Positions 60,204 through 64,000 of a stretch of DNA of 64,000 bases are shown piece by piece. A model generated the notes under the pieces. It worked only from the letters and a program-made list of their open reading frames with translations. It was not told where the DNA came from and did not search any database. Position 1 is the stretch's first letter, and each line of letters opens with the position of its first letter. The position numbers and the translations under genes were made by a program. Source of the stretch: Eledone cirrhosa (Eukaryota); assembly GCA_964016885.1 (NCBI GenBank), contig OZ024747.1, forward strand, positions 22,134,001 through 22,198,000, in the 5' to 3' direction.

Positions 60204-63129
60204 GTCAGTGTTTCAGGAAGCATGGTTTTTTATTGCTGTTGTTGTTGCTGTTGTTGTTGTGATGGTTAAGCATTATTGTCATTATTGGTTGTTTTTTGAA
60301 TTCTTGTAAATTTAAGTTTATTTTGCAGCATTTACTTAGATTAAAAAAATGACTTTAAAAAAAATATTTTTTATAATTTATCTTGCCCCTTAACATTAAA
60401 AATAATGTTTTGTTTGGCTTTTAAATATTTTCATTTTAAATTTAATTCTTTCTTGTGATTTTCATTCCACAAGCAATTGATATGCTTTGTATTGTGTATG
60501 TATGTATTTATATGTGCTCATGCATGTGTCTTGCTCCTGCTTATACTTTTGTGTGTGTGTGTTTTTATCAAGTTCTATATGTGTTTTTATCAAGTTCTAT
60601 ATATGGCCCATGGTTTAAAGGTTGTGAATATTTCATATTTGTTATTGATTTTTCTTTCCATTGTTATCAGTTTACTAATTCAATAAGATATTCTCTAATA
60701 ATTTAGCATGTTTAGCCTAAACTGTAGACAGAGATGATCAAAACAGACTGTTTCTAAATATTTGGTTTTTACACCTAAGTTCTTTAAATGTCACTAAACC
60801 TGATGTTATTTTGTTAATATTGTGGACTCCTATAAGAATATACTGGGGTAAACTTAACATATAATCATGCTCCTTGCTAAAAGGACAGCTTTGTGCCCAA
60901 GAAATAGAAATCCTTATTATTGACTTGACAAGATAATTATTTTACCAAATTAAATGTTATAAATGTTTCACCTAATATCCATAGATTTTTTGGTAAACTT
61001 TATTATTTGCCATTCCCATTATTTTTTAAAGTATAATGACTACCAAATACATGCTGTGATCATTTTATTTGAATATACATTTTGCTTGCAATAAAAACTA
61101 ACCCTATGCCTATCTAAAGAAACATTATTACAATTGTTAACTGTATTATAGTGGTAGCAAGAATGTTTACAATTTCTACTTTGTTTCAAAGCAAGCTTGT
61201 AACTTGATTTTTAACTCTAGATTAAGAAAGTTTTACTTGAGGTACCAATATTCATGGAAACTTCCTGTTCCCCATCCCCTAATAAATTAAAGACCATTTT
61301 AAAGCTTCATAACTGTTGTAACAAATTATTACTGTGGTAGTAATAATAGTTTCTACGTTAGGCACAAGGCCAGCAATTACCCAGTGCATTACTGGTACTT
61401 TATTTTATCGACCCCGTAAGGATGAAAGGCAAAGTCAACCTCGGCGGGATTAGAAGGTGGTGAATTGGCAGAATCATTAAAGCATCAGCCAGAATGCTTT
61501 GCTTCATTTAGCTACATCACTTTATGTTTTGAGTTTAAATACAGCTGATGTCCACTTCGCCTTTCATCCTTTTGGTGTAAATGAAATAAGTCCCAGTATA
61601 ATCAACTTTCCCCTTTCCCAAAATTGTTGGCCTTGTGCCAGTGTTAAGAATAATTGATACTATGGTAGTGGACTGGGGCAATAGACAGTAATTGGCCTTA
61701 TATGATGTAATATCTAGTTCAATGTTTCATGTTTCTTAGCTTAAATCTCATGAATGGCATGAAATAAGTACCACTGAATGAAATACTAGACTAATGGTTA
61801 TACTGCAACATGAAATAAAGTGTCTTGCTCAAGTACACAAAATGTCATGCAGCCCCAGCAATCAAACATACATGATTGTCTGCACAAAACCCTAACACTC
61901 TGACCATAATCTACTCAGTTGGAAAAATTGAGTTGTACCAACACTGGTGCTAAGCTATGTGGCCCTTCACTTTTCCCTTGGATAACATCAGTGGTGTGGA
62001 GAGGGAAGAGTAGCATTTATGGGCGACTGTTTGTCTTCCACAAAACACCTAACCCAGGCATTACATCCCGGAGAGAAACTTTTCAGGTGCAACCTTATGG
62101 TTAGTCATGGCCAAGGGGGACCCTCCCCTCTTTGTTATACAATATTACTACAGTCATTGTGTTGTGACCATAATTCTTGTTTCAATTTACCTGACTGTCA
62201 AAGTAGGTTTCATTTAATCTTCATGACTCAGTAATTATAATTAGTAGTAGCAGGGTCATCCAGCTGTAAAAAACATTTCTCTAACAAAAGAACATGGCTA
62301 TTTTCTTGAGAGAGAAAAGGAAAAAAAACACCCCCCCCCCCCCCAAAAAAAAAATCTAACCCATTCCAAAATTACCTTCTGTTTTCCAAAATTACCTTCT
62401 GCCTCATCAAAAGAAATCAATAATGAATGTGTTCATAAAAATCAGTCATCAATCACTCTTTTATGTGAATAATTTCCTTACTTCATTGCAAGTCCTAAAT
62501 TTCTCTTGAAAATGGGGTGGGGGAACAAGGTCAATTGGTTTAAATTAAATATCTGAGGGAAGGAGAATCATGAAAATTCTAAAGCCTCTTGAAGCAGAGT
62601 ATTATATTTGAACTAATAAAATACACATAATAACTATAATCATTATAAAAGAAGAAAAGGAAACACATTCCAGAGATTCCGGAAAAATTGAGTAAAAATA
62701 TTTTAGATTTTAAATTTCCAAGAATTTCTTATTCTTTTCATGACTCAGTTTTGTTTTTTGCTGACAGTAATGAAGGACAAGGACATTTCATGACACTTCA
62801 TATATTTTAGTGAATAGTCATCATCATTGTTTAATGTCCTTTCCCTGCAAGCAAGGGTTGGACGAGTTATCAACAGGCCAGACTGGTGGTACTCAAGCAG
62901 AGCTGCTGACACCTGTTATTTATTTTTTTAAATTTTCATATAATTGCTTGGAAATAATGGTTCTTTGCAACTATTCAAGTTCAGCCATTGTGTCTGGCCC
63001 CTGAACAAGGTATATAAATATGTTTGCCTGACTGACTGAGAACAGCTTTCATTCCTATTTCACATTTGTATGGTCAACAGCAAGAAGGGTAGTTCACTGT
63101 AAATTGGATCTGTCTTGTAGCAGTATTTG

Positions 63130-63515
63130 GTTACTGATTAGCAATGTGCGGTTAGCAATGTGTGGTTAGCAACGTGCGGTTAGCAGTGTCTGGTTAGCAA
63201 TACGTGTTACCAGCATCTGGTTAACGATGTCTGGTTAACAATGTCTGGTTAGCAATGTGTGGTTAGCAGTGTGTAGTTGGCAGTGTCTGGTTAACAATGT
63301 CTGGTTAACAATGTCTGGTTAACAATGTCTGGTTAACAATGTCTGGTCAACAATATCTGGTCAACAATGTCTGGTTAACAATGTCTGGTTAACAATGTCT
63401 GGTTAACAATGTCTGGTTAACAATGTCTGGTCAGCAATGTGTGGTTAGCAGTATGTGGTTAGCAGTGTCTGGTTAGCAATGTGTGCTTAGCAGTGTCTAG
63501 TTAGGAATGTGTGGT
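63130..63515. repeat. 14-bp minisatellite (ctggttaacaatgt) bracketed by a diverged ~35-bp direct repeat
   Basis: Homogeneous core at ~63290-63430. tggtcaacagcaa...actgtaaatt occurs at 63071-63105 and 63513-63547. Confidence 0.9.
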
Positions 63516-64000
63516 CAACAGCAAAAAGAGGCACTTTACTGTAAATTATACTAATATGATAGCAATGTCTAAATGTAAATAACCACTCTACTGTTGTTAT
63601 CTGGAGAAAATAGACAACATATGGGTTGACTATATAGGAATTTAATGGCTATCAATGTATGATAATAAAGTCAGATTACTACCATTGTGTTCTGTCTAGT
63701 GAAATCACTGCTTACCTTACTAAATAATCTTTTCTAATTTATGCATAAGGCCAGCAATTTAGGGTAAGGGATAAGTCGACCTCAGTACATAACTGGTTCT
63801 TTATTTTATTAACCCCAGAGAATGTAAAACGTCAGAAGAAATACTTCAAAGTATATCCTCTGATGCTCTAACACTTCTGCCAATCTGCCACCCTCTACCT
63901 TACTAAATAATTGTTTCTACTTTAGGTACAAGGACAGCAATTACCCAGTGCATTACTGGTACTTTATTTTATTGACCCAGTAAGGATGAAAGGCAAAGTT

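Noticed and set aside
23979-64000. Next constitutive CH1 exon (expected ...DLFEDLRDG.NL.SLLEVL)
   Set aside because: Not found by eye. It probably lies beyond the window, but a short exon could have been missed.

Overview
AT-rich, microsatellite- and transposon-dense animal genomic DNA. The SINE and RTE repertoire suggests an octopod cephalopod (inference). The only host gene seen is the 5' end of a spectraplakin (shot/MACF1/dystonin/plectin family) on the + strand. It has at least two alternative first coding exons (22258-22357, 23653-23731), the conserved 62-nt CH1 exon (23917-23978, [21 protein letters not shown]) and, 36 kb downstream, an 18-nt microexon (60186-60203, HWRFSQ) resembling plectin exon 2-alpha. 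The standout non-coding feature is a (TA)n-embedded array of apparently identical 310-bp units at 1553-3839, about 5.3 copies in one orientation and 2 inverted. Each full unit carries a complete minimal type I hammerhead ribozyme, so this is a candidate non-LTR retrozyme / Penelope-pLTR-like system predicted to make 310-nt self-cleaving, possibly circular RNAs. At least three other hammerhead-bearing repeat families occur, several as fold-back palindromes in (TA)n tracts. The rest consists of RTE and CRE-like LINE fragments, tRNA-derived SINEs (one sharing its tail with the RTE LINE here), mariner/hAT/TTAA MITEs and satellites. Almost all ORFs in the supplied track are artefacts of simple repeats. 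Everything was read by eye; no searches or folding were run.
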